Origin: an uncultured Bacilli bacterium
GTDB lineage: Bacteria; Bacillota_I; Bacilli_A; RF39; UBA660
DNA length: 48,138 nucleotides
NCBI GenBank assembly: GCA_944371955.1
Contig: CALVYB010000003.1
Coordinates: 1 to 48,138, forward strand
Reading direction: 5' to 3'
Shown: piece by piece, positions 39,684-48,014 of the stretch
Layout: every line of letters begins with the position of its first letter
Numbering within the stretch: the stretch's first letter is position 1
Notes under the pieces: model-generated
The model's input: only the letters and a program-made list of their open reading frames with translations
What the model was told of the DNA's origin: nothing
Database searches by the model: none
Position numbers and translations under genes: made by a program

Positions 39684-40319
39684 ATGGACAGCATATTGGA
39701 ATATGAAGCATTAATCTATAAAATAATTGCAAGATATAGAAGTTTTGATAAAGAAGACTTATACCAAGTAGCTATGATTGGACTAATGAACGCCTTAAAG
39801 AATTATAATCCTAATGCTAATGCAAAATTTTCAACATATGCATATTATTATATTGTAGGAGAAATCAATACTTATATTTCTGCCAGCAGTCCTTTAAAAA
39901 TAAGTAGAGATTTGTTGCGTTTGAATAAAAGTTTGGAACATGCTAAAGAAGTTTTAGCCCAAAGATTGGCTAGAGAACCAACAACAGAAGAGTTAGCAAT
40001 ATTTTTAGAAACTCCCACAGAAAAAATAGAAGAGGCCTTAATAGCCGCTAGGCGGGTAGAGAGTTTAGACTGTGCTTATGATGATGAATCAGGAAGTTTA
40101 TATAATTGCTTCGGACAAGAAGAAACTCAAATGACAGATGAATTTTTAGATCTAAAAAATGCGATTCAAAATTTACCAAGAGAGGAACAACAATTGATTG
40201 TTGCGAGATATTATGATGGATTAACCCAACAAGAAACGAGTCAAACACTTGGTATGTCACAAGTACAAGTATCAAGAAGAGAAAATAAAATATTACAAAA
40301 ATTAAAGACTACTTTATAA
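39684..40319 (+). CDS. sigF: SigF-like sporulation sigma factor, N-terminally short
   Basis: EDLYQV..IGL, KFSTYA...I.GEI, LKISR, REPT.EELA, RYY..LTQ.E....LGMSQVQVSR.E.KIL; lies between spoIIAA and spoVA. Confidence 0.82.
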   Translation: MDSILEYEALIYKIIARYRSFDKEDLYQVAMIGLMNALKNYNPNANAKFSTYAYYYIVGEINTYISASSPLKISRDLLRLNKSLEHAKEVLAQRLAREPTTEELAIFLETPTEKIEEALIAARRVESLDCAYDDESGSLYNCFGQEETQMTDEFLDLKNAIQNLPREEQQLIVARYYDGLTQQETSQTLGMSQVQVSRRENKILQKLKTTL

Positions 40320-40463
40320 AAGAAGTTAAAAAGAAGAAAGATTAAAGTATGCAATCCCGTTAACAGCAATTATTACATATATAGCATAATTAAAGTGATA
40401 GCTTTAAAAAAAAGTCAAATACCAGCAATTTATTAAAAGAAAGTGTTTTTTGCTTTCTTTTTT

Positions 40464-40492
40464 GTATGAAATTAAAAAAAATACTAATAATA
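40464..40492 (+). promoter_or_regulatory. Possible SigG/SigF-type forespore promoter of spoVA
   Basis: GTATG (40464-40468), 17 bp spacer, AATAATA (40486-40492) fits GHATR...MAWAMTA. The AT-rich background weakens the call. Confidence 0.35.
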
Positions 40493-40507
40493 TAAATGGT
40501 GATATAA

Positions 40508-40951
40508 ATGACACAAGAAAAATACGAAAAGATTGCCCAACAACATAAAGCACCAATTCCTAAACTTAAAAATGCCATCACTTCATTTTTTGTAGGAGGA
40601 TTGATTGGAATGATTGGTGAAGCGGTGATTGAATTATTGTGTATTTGGTTGCATATTTCTAGGAACAATGCTGGGACTATTATGATAGTTACAATGATCT
40701 TCATTGCTTCACTTGCCACTGCATTAGGTTTTTTTGATAAATTAGTAACCAAATTTAAATGTGGGCTTCTAATACCGATTACTGGGTTTGCTCATTCTAT
40801 GACTAGTGCAGCGTTAGATTATAAAAAGGAAGGTCCAATTTACGGAATAGGATCAAATATTTTTAAATTAGCAGGATCAGTAATTTTATATGGCATAGTA
40901 GCAGCATGGTTTTTTGGAATGATTCGTTACTTACTAGGGGGAAGAATATGA
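40508..40951 (+). CDS. spoVAC: Stage V sporulation protein AC
   Basis: FFVGGLIG, G..IPITGFAHSMTSAA, EG...GIGSNIFKLAGSVILYG. Confidence 0.92.
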   Translation: MTQEKYEKIAQQHKAPIPKLKNAITSFFVGGLIGMIGEAVIELLCIWLHISRNNAGTIMIVTMIFIASLATALGFFDKLVTKFKCGLLIPITGFAHSMTSAALDYKKEGPIYGIGSNIFKLAGSVILYGIVAAWFFGMIRYLLGGRI

Positions 40952-41940
40952 CATTTACTTATAATGATGTATATATTAAAGATACTGCGACGATTGCCGG
41001 TCCTTATGAGAAAAAAGGTCCACTAAAAAAATACTTTGATAAAACATTTGATGATTTATATTATGGAGAAGACTCTTTTGAAAAAGCCGAAATTAAATCA
41101 GTAAAAGAAAGTTTAAAACTGCTACATAAAAAAGTTGGATTAACAAGAAAAGAAGTAGATGTAATTTTAGGAGGAGACTTACAAAATCAAATTGCCGCTA
41201 CCACTTATGGAACCTATAACTATTCTAAATGTTTTCTAGGTTTGTATGGTGCTTGTTCTACATCGGTTGAAGGAATGATTATAGGCAGTGTTTTAATCGA
41301 TTCTAAAAAAGTGAAAAACGCTATTGTAACGGTTTCATCTCATAACATGTCAGCAGAAAAACAATTTAGAAACCCAACAGAATATGGTGCTCCAAAACCA
41401 AATTCTGCTACATTCACTGCAACTGGAAGTGCTTCTTTATTACTTACAAAAGAAAAAACAGATATCAAAGTGGAATCTTCTACAATTGGACAAATTACGG
41501 ATTTAAATCAAAATAATCCCAATGATATGGGAAAAGTAATGGCACCAGCTGCTATAGATACAATTAAAAGACATCTAAAAGATTTAAATAGAACTCCTGA
41601 TTATTATGATTTGATTGTAACCGGCGATTTAGGCCTATATGGAAAAGAAATATTAATGGATTATATGCTAGAAGAATATAATATAGATTTAAAAAATAAT
41701 TATAATGATTGTGGAGTTATGCTTTATGATTTAAAAAAACAAAAACAATGCTTAGCAGGAGGAAGTGGCCCCGTTTGTAGTGCTTTAGTATCATTTAGCT
41801 ATATCTTTCATGAAATGAAAAAGAAAAATCTAAAAAAAGTATTAATTGTTGCAACAGGAGCATTATTTTCTCCAACCATGGTTTATCAAAAACAAAATAT
41901 TTATTCAATAGCCAATGCAATTAGTCTGGAGGTAATTTAA
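40948..41940 (+). CDS. spoVAD: Stage V sporulation protein AD
   Basis: GP.E..GPL, FEKAE, GGDLQNQ, GLYGACST, SAEKQFR.P.EYG, MG.VMAPAA.DT, TGDLG, DCG, AGGSG, TGALFSP; ATGA overlap with spoVAC. Confidence 0.95.
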   Translation: MTFTYNDVYIKDTATIAGPYEKKGPLKKYFDKTFDDLYYGEDSFEKAEIKSVKESLKLLHKKVGLTRKEVDVILGGDLQNQIAATTYGTYNYSKCFLGLYGACSTSVEGMIIGSVLIDSKKVKNAIVTVSSHNMSAEKQFRNPTEYGAPKPNSATFTATGSASLLLTKEKTDIKVESSTIGQITDLNQNNPNDMGKVMAPAAIDTIKRHLKDLNRTPDYYDLIVTGDLGLYGKEILMDYMLEEYNIDLKNNYNDCGVMLYDLKKQKQCLAGGSGPVCSALVSFSYIFHEMKKKNLKKVLIVATGALFSPTMVYQKQNIYSIANAISLEVI

Positions 41941-42290
41941 TGTTACTTATAAATTCATTCATATTTTGTGGAATAATTTGTATGATTGCTCAAATTATAT
42001 TAGATAATACGAAATTAACCCCTGGTCATGTTACTAGTATGTTTGTAGTAATTGGTGCTTTCCTTGACTCTTTTAGTTTTTATGATAAGCTCATCAAAGT
42101 AGTAGGAGGGGGAGCACTCCTACCTATTACCAGTTTTGGGCATTCTTTAATTCATGGTGCTTTGGCAAGAGCAAATCAATATGGAATACTAGGTATTTTA
42201 ATGGGAATGTTTGATTTAACTGCCACTGGTATAACAGCCGCTATCATTTTTTCATTTGTATTAACTCTAATATTTAAACCAAAAAATTAA
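41940..42290 (+). CDS. spoVAE: Stage V sporulation protein AE (SpoVAEb-type)
   Basis: GIICMIAQ..LD.TKLTP.HV, GGGALLPITSFGH, C-terminal FKPK. Confidence 0.92.
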   Translation: MLLINSFIFCGIICMIAQIILDNTKLTPGHVTSMFVVIGAFLDSFSFYDKLIKVVGGGALLPITSFGHSLIHGALARANQYGILGILMGMFDLTATGITAAIIFSFVLTLIFKPKN

Positions 42291-42320
42291 AATTTATGAT
42301 AAAATAATTTTGGTGATAGC

Positions 42321-42959
42321 ATGAAAGAGAAAATAAAAAAAGTAATAGAAATAGAAAGAAAAAAACCACTCATAACTTATGATAATCCATTTCTAATTTT
42401 ATTAACAGGCAATGTTGGAAGTGGTAAAAGTTTAGTTTCTCAAATATTATCAAAAGAATTATATCTATATCTAATCAGTGGAGATTACATAAGAAATATA
42501 ATAAAGAAAATACAACCAGAAATAAATTTACATACTCCAGAAGTTAGAAGTACAAATAATATAATTTGTTTGGAAGAAATCAAATATTGCCTTGATAATA
42601 AATTTTCCATAATTTTAGACAGAAGTATATCTAGTCAAAAAGATTTGTTTACTATCAAAGAAAAAATAAATCTACCTATTATTTTTATTAAAATAATATC
42701 TAGTGAAGAAGAAAATATTAAAAGAGTAAAAAAACGTCAAAAAACAAAAGATATAGAAATTCCTCATTACGGTCATCAAGAGTCAAAAAGTGGTGTAACA
42801 ACAGAGGATGAATATCACGAAATAAAAGAAAGAAAAACATATGATTTAGACGATAGTGTTTATGATTATTTTATAAATACTAATACTTCACTAGATGAGT
42901 TAAAAATAAATTTAAATAAAATAATAGAAGATATAAAGAAAAAGTATCCAAACAAATAA
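42321..42959 (+). CDS. P-loop kinase (AAA_33-like)
   Basis: Walker A GNVGSGKS, ISGDYIR, IILD, R...R lid; own extended -10 TG-A-TAAAAT at 42297-42305. Confidence 0.75.
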   Translation: MKEKIKKVIEIERKKPLITYDNPFLILLTGNVGSGKSLVSQILSKELYLYLISGDYIRNIIKKIQPEINLHTPEVRSTNNIICLEEIKYCLDNKFSIILDRSISSQKDLFTIKEKINLPIIFIKIISSEEENIKRVKKRQKTKDIEIPHYGHQESKSGVTTEDEYHEIKERKTYDLDDSVYDYFINTNTSLDELKINLNKIIEDIKKKYPNK

Positions 42960-42989
42960 AAAGAAATTGCTACAACAATTTCTTTTTTT
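42958..42989. terminator. Bidirectional intrinsic terminator
   Basis: AAAAAGAAATTG-ctacaa-CAATTTCTTTTT between convergent genes. Confidence 0.7.
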
Positions 42990-43011
42990 GATAAAACAAT
43001 TTAAAGTATAT

Positions 43012-43317
43012 TTAATATTGATTAGAAGAAAGAGAGATAATTAAATCCATATTATCATCTTTTGCCATAATATTTTTATGATACTCTCCACAAGTTCTAC
43101 AACGATAAACTATTTTATAAGTATCTCTAAACTTTTCAATACCAATAGGATTTAAAATTCCTAGACAAGTATTTTGTCTATCTCCAGGCATGATATCTAC
43201 ATGTTTAGAACAAAGACAAAAAGGGCAATGGTCTCTTGCACTATATTTTAAAACAGAAACCTTTTTGCCACAGTTTTCACAAATGAATTCTTCATCCCTC
43301 ATAGTAAATTGTTTCAT
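43012..43317 (-). CDS. RNHCP-domain zinc-binding protein
   Basis: FICENCG, RDHCPFCLCSKHVD..PGDR...C, CRTCG. Start re-called at 43317 (MKQF) after RBS GGTGA. Confidence 0.85.
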   Translation of the reverse strand: MKQFTMRDEEFICENCGKKVSVLKYSARDHCPFCLCSKHVDIMPGDRQNTCLGILNPIGIEKFRDTYKIVYRCRTCGEYHKNIMAKDDNMDLIISLSSNQY

Positions 43318-43354
43318 AACATCACCATCTGTTGTTATTATAACAGGAAACAAA

Positions 43355-43383
43355 TTGAAAAAAAAGAAGCTTTTTGCTATAAT
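43355..43383 (+). promoter_or_regulatory. sigmaA promoter of scpAB
   Basis: TTGAAA, 17 bp spacer, TATAAT with extended TG. A divergent TGTTATAAT on the minus strand (43337-43345) serves the RNHCP gene. Confidence 0.7.
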
Positions 43384-43417
43384 GATAAGGAAATTGACAA
43401 AGTTCGGAAGTGATTAC

Positions 43418-44137
43418 ATGCAATTTAGAATTAATGAATTTGAAGGGCCTCTAGATTTATTACTACATTTAATTAAAGAAAATAAAATGGATATTATGAA
43501 TATAGAGATAGAACATATTACAGAACAATATATTTCTTATTTAAATGAACAAGAAAAAATGAATTTAGAAATTGCTAGTGAGTATCTAGTAATGGCTTCA
43601 GAATTAATTGAAATAAAATCAAAGTTATTACTTCCAAATCAAAGAACTGAAAATGAAGAGGAAGAAGAAATAGATCCTAGAGAAGAACTAGTAAATAGGC
43701 TTTTAGAATATCAAGCTTATAAAGAGATTACCAAAGTATTGAAAGAAAAAGAAGAATTAAGAAAAGAAATTTACACTAAATCACCAGAAAACGTGAAGAA
43801 CTATGTAGACGAAAGTGCTAGATTATCAAGCGATATCACACTAGATGATTTAGTAGAAGCTTTTAAAAAATATTTAGAGAGAAAAAAAGAATCAAAACCG
43901 TTAAAAACAAAAGTAACAACAAATGAAATTAGTGTTTCTTCTAGGAGACTAGAAATAAAAAGTATATTAAAAAATAAACCTAAAGTATCTTTTTTTGAAC
44001 TCTTTCCTGTCTTAAATAAGGAATATGTAGTAGTAACATTTCTTGCTATTTTAGAAATGGCTAAAAATAAAGAATTAAAAATAACCCAAGATAAAAATTT
44101 TGATGACATTATATGTGAGGTGCGAGATGAAAAATAA
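43418..44137 (+). CDS. scpA: Segregation and condensation protein A (SMC kleisin)
   Basis: FEGPLDLLLHLI, ASEYLVMASELIEIKSKLLLP, DPREELV.RLLEY, VVTFLAILE; true start ATG 43418. Confidence 0.95.
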   Translation: MQFRINEFEGPLDLLLHLIKENKMDIMNIEIEHITEQYISYLNEQEKMNLEIASEYLVMASELIEIKSKLLLPNQRTENEEEEEIDPREELVNRLLEYQAYKEITKVLKEKEELRKEIYTKSPENVKNYVDESARLSSDITLDDLVEAFKKYLERKKESKPLKTKVTTNEISVSSRRLEIKSILKNKPKVSFFELFPVLNKEYVVVTFLAILEMAKNKELKITQDKNFDDIICEVRDEK

Positions 44138-44699
44138 AGCAGTATTGGAAGGATTATTGTTCGTTGTTGGAGAAGATGGTCTAACTTTAGATCAAATAGA
44201 GGACGTATTAGAAATATCCGAAGATGAGGTAAAAAAATTAGTCAATGAATTAAAACATAATTATGAAAATGAAGATAGAGGATTAAGAATAGATTTTTTA
44301 GGAAATAGATTAAAGTTAACCACCAAATTCGAACACAGAGAATATTATCAAAAGCTATTAGAAAATCCAGAAACGAATATATTAAGTCAAGCTGCTCTTG
44401 AAACTTTAGCGATTATTGCATATAATGAACCAATTACGAGAATGCAAATTGATAAAATCAGAGGAGTAGGAAGTAGCCAAATGATTAGAAAGTTAGTTGC
44501 TAAAGGATTAATTAAAGAATCTGGTAGAAGTGATTTACCAGGTAGACCAATCCTTTATGAAACAACAAATGATTTTTTAGATTATTTTGGATTAAGTAAT
44601 ATAGAAGAGCTACCTGATATGGAAGCATATATTGAAGAAGCTGAAGAAGATCCAGATGATGAAAAAGATTTATATACATCTAAATATAAAGAAGTATAA
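44127..44699 (+). CDS. scpB: Segregation and condensation protein B
   Basis: LEGLLFVVG, LSQAALETLAIIAY.EPITR, IRGV, GRP.LY.TT..FL.YFGL; start ATG 44127. Confidence 0.95.
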   Translation: MKNKAVLEGLLFVVGEDGLTLDQIEDVLEISEDEVKKLVNELKHNYENEDRGLRIDFLGNRLKLTTKFEHREYYQKLLENPETNILSQAALETLAIIAYNEPITRMQIDKIRGVGSSQMIRKLVAKGLIKESGRSDLPGRPILYETTNDFLDYFGLSNIEELPDMEAYIEEAEEDPDDEKDLYTSKYKEV

Positions 44700-44730
44700 A
44701 GGACCTGTATACACTTTGCAGGTTCTTTAT
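44696..44730 (+). terminator. Probable terminator of scpAB
   Basis: ATAAAGGACCTGTA...TGCAGGTTCTTTAT imperfect hairpin. Confidence 0.55.
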
Positions 44731-44881
44731 AAATAAAAAAACATTATATAAATTACTAATTACTATTATTTATATAACTAACAACCCTTCTATCTCAAAT
44801 ATATAAGTATACTAAAAGTAACAAAAAAGACTAAAAAAGACTAGAAATTATAAAAATATGTGATATAATCTAATATGTAAT

Positions 44882-44968
44882 GCCTGCGTGGCGGAATTGG
44901 TAGACGCGCTGGACTCAAAATCCAGTGTTAGCGATAACGTGTCGGTTCGAGTCCGACCGCAGGCACCA
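44882..44968 (+). tRNA. tRNA-Leu (anticodon CAA)
   Basis: Acceptor stem GCCTGCG/CGCAGGC, D-loop GGAATTGGTAGAC, anticodon arm CTGGA-CTCAAAA-TCCAG (CAA 44916-44918), long variable arm, GGTTCGAGTCC, encoded CCA; TG-A-TATAAT at 44861-44869. Confidence 0.97.
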
Positions 44969-44978
44969 AATTGATAGG

Positions 44979-45028
44979 AAACTCAAACTTTCTCAAACTT
45001 TAAAAACGACTTGAAAGTTTGAGTTTTT
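44979..45028 (+). terminator. Inverted repeat after the tRNA
   Basis: AAACTCAAACTTTC (44979-44992) / GAAAGTTTGAGTTT (45013-45026), with an internal tandem CTCAAACTTT x2. Confidence 0.6.
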
Positions 45029-45145
45029 AAATATTCAAATTTGTGCTATTATACTTAAAAAATTCAAAATAATTATTTGTTAATATTGAAACGTCCTTAT
45101 ACCTTGATAAATCAATGTGTTTTATAAAACGTTAGGAAGTGAATT

Positions 45146-45790
45146 ATGTCTAAATGGTCTGATTTATATGAAAAAGAAATATTATCTTCCCGGTCTATAG
45201 ATGAGTATATTAAACAAAAATTATCAACTAAAAAAAAGATAATAAAATTAATTAACAAATATGCTTCTAACAAAAAAATAATGGAACTAGGTGCAGGTAC
45301 TGGTGTATTAGCATTATATATTTCATCGCTATATAATAATAAAGTAGATGCACTAGACAAAGATCATGATATGATATCATTAAGTAAAAAATATTTTTTA
45401 TCAAAATTTAAAAATTCTAATATAAATTATTTATGTAATGACATTAGAAATATAAATATTAAAGAAAAATATGATGTTTGTTATAGTATTGGTATTTTAG
45501 AACATTACAATGATGATGAAATTATAGAGTTGATTAATAAGCAAGTTTTCATAAGTAAATATGTCATTTTTGGAATACCAACAAAATATTTTGATGAAGA
45601 TAAAAAAATGTATGGAAATGAAAGGTATTTACCGCTACAATATTGGAGAAAAATAATAAAAAAGAGTAATTGTAAAATAATTGAGGAATCATCATACCAT
45701 TATTTAAGTTTTTTGAGAAGAATAATCAATTATAAAAAATGGTTTAAACCGAAACCTGTGCATATTTTTGTTATAAAGAAAAGTTATTGA
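45146..45790 (+). CDS. Class I SAM-dependent methyltransferase
   Basis: IMELGAGTG, ALD, YDVCYSIGILEH. Confidence 0.88.
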   Translation: MSKWSDLYEKEILSSRSIDEYIKQKLSTKKKIIKLINKYASNKKIMELGAGTGVLALYISSLYNNKVDALDKDHDMISLSKKYFLSKFKNSNINYLCNDIRNINIKEKYDVCYSIGILEHYNDDEIIELINKQVFISKYVIFGIPTKYFDEDKKMYGNERYLPLQYWRKIIKKSNCKIIEESSYHYLSFLRRIINYKKWFKPKPVHIFVIKKSY

Positions 45791-45822
45791 TTGCTCCTTC
45801 CTTATAATCCAAAATAGACTTT

Positions 45823-45912
45823 AAACCCTTGAATCGCAAGGGTTTTATTTTTTTCTCCAAATTACTATGACTTATAGATCGGATACATAGAAAAAGCAAG
45901 CATTTGCTTGCT
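45823..45912. terminator. Two terminator hairpins between convergent genes
   Basis: AAACCCTTG-aatcg-CAAGGGTTT + T run (45823-45854) and AGCAAGCA-tt-TGCTTGCT (45895-45912). Confidence 0.65.
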
Positions 45913-45942
45913 GTGAAAATATTCATAACTAGAAATTTATAT

Positions 45943-46920
45943 TTATGTACTCATGCTAATGTTATACCAATCATCTTCTTTTGAGATAACCCATTCTAAT
46001 CCCCGACGTCTTTCGACTACGGTAGATGCATCCAAGTTTCCTATATTAGAATTGCGATTAAGTTCTTTTTCATTTATTGCCCAATTATATCTTAAGTATA
46101 AATCTTGCATATCAAGTATTTCACTAATACTTCTCATATTACATTTACTTTTAAATTCTTCAACAGATTTAGAATTTTTAACAAACGATATTGCCGCATT
46201 ACAGTCACAAATTTGACTTGCATCCTGAATATCATCAACAAGTCCCAAACACCAACATATTGCCCAATATATTTCATAAGCCCAATCCATATCAATGGCA
46301 TCTTGTTTGCTATAGGTACCATCAATAATTCTCTTTTCTTTCGAATTTAAGTAATCTTCCACCTGATATTGTTTTAATATTGGCAAAAAGAAATCTAAGG
46401 ATTCTTTATATTTATTATTGTTTATGTCACAAGCTATTTGAACAACGATTAGAGAAGCTATTGCTTTTTTACATATAACATCTATATTTTTTAATTCTAT
46501 TTTGCTATCCTCGTATGAACAAGGTAGTAATTTATTAGCTGTAATATGATGATTAATTAAATATTCATAATTTTTTAGCCTTCTGTTTTTCTGCATATCG
46601 GTTTCTGTAACATTACTTTCCCTTAAGCAGTCATGATTTTCGTACATATAATTAATAGTTTGATTATACATATCTTCATCTATGGTAAGAAGAATGAGTT
46701 TGTTATTTTGTACAGCAAAATAATAAGTCTTTTTATTTTTTATAGATAATTTATATAGGGCTTCTAATACGCCATCATCTTTAGTAAATAAATATCCGTA
46801 AACACATTGAACAGAAGATAAGTCATCAGTATTGATGATGTTTTTAGATAATAACATTTCTAATGCGTAATTAGCTAATTGCTCCTTAATTTTTTTATTA
46901 TTAATTTCATTTATTTCCAT
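45943..46920 (-). CDS. DUF4272-domain protein with an extra N-terminal domain
   Basis: W.YE..WAICWCLG, R...EILD..DLY.RY.WA, VVERRRGLEW, W; RBS AAGGA. Confidence 0.75.
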   Translation of the reverse strand: MEINEINNKKIKEQLANYALEMLLSKNIINTDDLSSVQCVYGYLFTKDDGVLEALYKLSIKNKKTYYFAVQNNKLILLTIDEDMYNQTINYMYENHDCLRESNVTETDMQKNRRLKNYEYLINHHITANKLLPCSYEDSKIELKNIDVICKKAIASLIVVQIACDINNNKYKESLDFFLPILKQYQVEDYLNSKEKRIIDGTYSKQDAIDMDWAYEIYWAICWCLGLVDDIQDASQICDCNAAISFVKNSKSVEEFKSKCNMRSISEILDMQDLYLRYNWAINEKELNRNSNIGNLDASTVVERRRGLEWVISKEDDWYNISMST

Positions 46921-47090
46921 CTTTATCCGTCCTTTTATTTTAGTTTTCCTGTTAACATATATTGTTAAATTGGATGACTATCAGATCTCCTATAGGGATT
47001 AGAGTTTAAAAATGTATAAATTTATAACAAAATTAACCCCATAAATTTAAAAAATAGTATTAACACATCAACTGACATGAATATTAATTA

Positions 47091-47549
47091 TTACATGGTT
47101 TTACCTTTATAATATGGCTCATAAGATAGGTATTCTTCATTTTTACCTTTCATCCAATAGCCAAATGTTCCAATCAACTTAACAGGTTTATCTAAAGGCT
47201 TAAAATTAAGATGTTTGGTATTTGATGCCTTTGCCCCTTCAGCTAATGATGCAGTAATATGAGGGGGCTTCAAAACAGTTGGATTTTCTTCATCGTAATT
47301 TATATAATATTTTTTTAATTCATCAGGGAATAGTATTTCAAATCCACTATTTTGTCCATCATTTCCATATCCTATAAGATAAACTTCAAATTTTTTTCCA
47401 ACTATGTCATCAAAAATCTCATCAGCTGTTGGATGATATTTAAAAGTACAATGCAATTTATCATTAACTTTAGCTAATTTTTCCGTTTCTAATGAATGTA
47501 TCAAATCAACCATATCTGATTCAAAAAATATTCCTTCATAACTTAACAT
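47091..47549 (-). CDS. 2H phosphoesterase (cyclic phosphodiesterase-like)
   Basis: Two HxT motifs, LHCTF (His33) and PHITAS (His97), followed by KASN; RBS AAGGAG. Confidence 0.7.
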   Translation of the reverse strand: MLSYEGIFFESDMVDLIHSLETEKLAKVNDKLHCTFKYHPTADEIFDDIVGKKFEVYLIGYGNDGQNSGFEILFPDELKKYYINYDEENPTVLKPPHITASLAEGAKASNTKHLNFKPLDKPVKLIGTFGYWMKGKNEEYLSYEPYYKGKTM

Positions 47550-47665
47550 ATATATTCTCCTTTCTAATCTATTAATTCAAAATTTTACTATAATATTATG
47601 TTTTTTAATCATTATGGAAAACTATCAATATTTCATTGTGATCATTAATAAAAATAATTTGTGTA

Positions 47666-48014
47666 TTATTTTTCAAAGATATGAGATAATGAAATATTAT
47701 TTTTATGATAAGTATGCAGCCAACGTTCTTTTGAAATAACAATTCCCATATCTTTTTCAAAAAGAGCATGTTTATTTAATGATTCATTTTCTTTATTATA
47801 AAATTTATAAATAGATAATATATGTAGTTCAATATTTTCTAAGCTGCATAATTGATTTAATGCTTGAATATTTGATATCCAAGACCTTTTGTTTACAAAA
47901 TGGAATATTTACCCAAATCATAAGAACTAAAACTATACTAATTATACCACGTATAAAAGAATAAATCATTATAAATAAACACAAAAGTACTATCATAATA
48001 GTGTATGATGTCAC
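47666..48014 (-). pseudogene. Possible frameshifted membrane-protein gene remnant
   Basis: A hydrophobic 61-codon frame (47829-48014) overlaps a second stop-free minus-strand frame of ~80 codons (47666-47908) that has no standard start at its 5' end. Confidence 0.35.

Noticed and set aside
43190-43417. 76-aa N-terminal extension of ScpA in the ORF track
   Set aside because: It overlaps the RNHCP gene and the scpA promoter. The conserved ScpA start is ATG 43418.
45790-45860. Hairpin region as the attR of a tRNA-integrated element
   Set aside because: No copy of the tRNA-Leu 3' end is present. The hairpin is explained as the methyltransferase terminator.
12201-46350. Other short antisense or alternate-frame ORFs (e.g. 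23386-23952, 29401-29835, 40390-40752, 43801-44109, 45953-46350)
   Set aside because: Wholly or largely contained in conserved genes, with no independent coding evidence.
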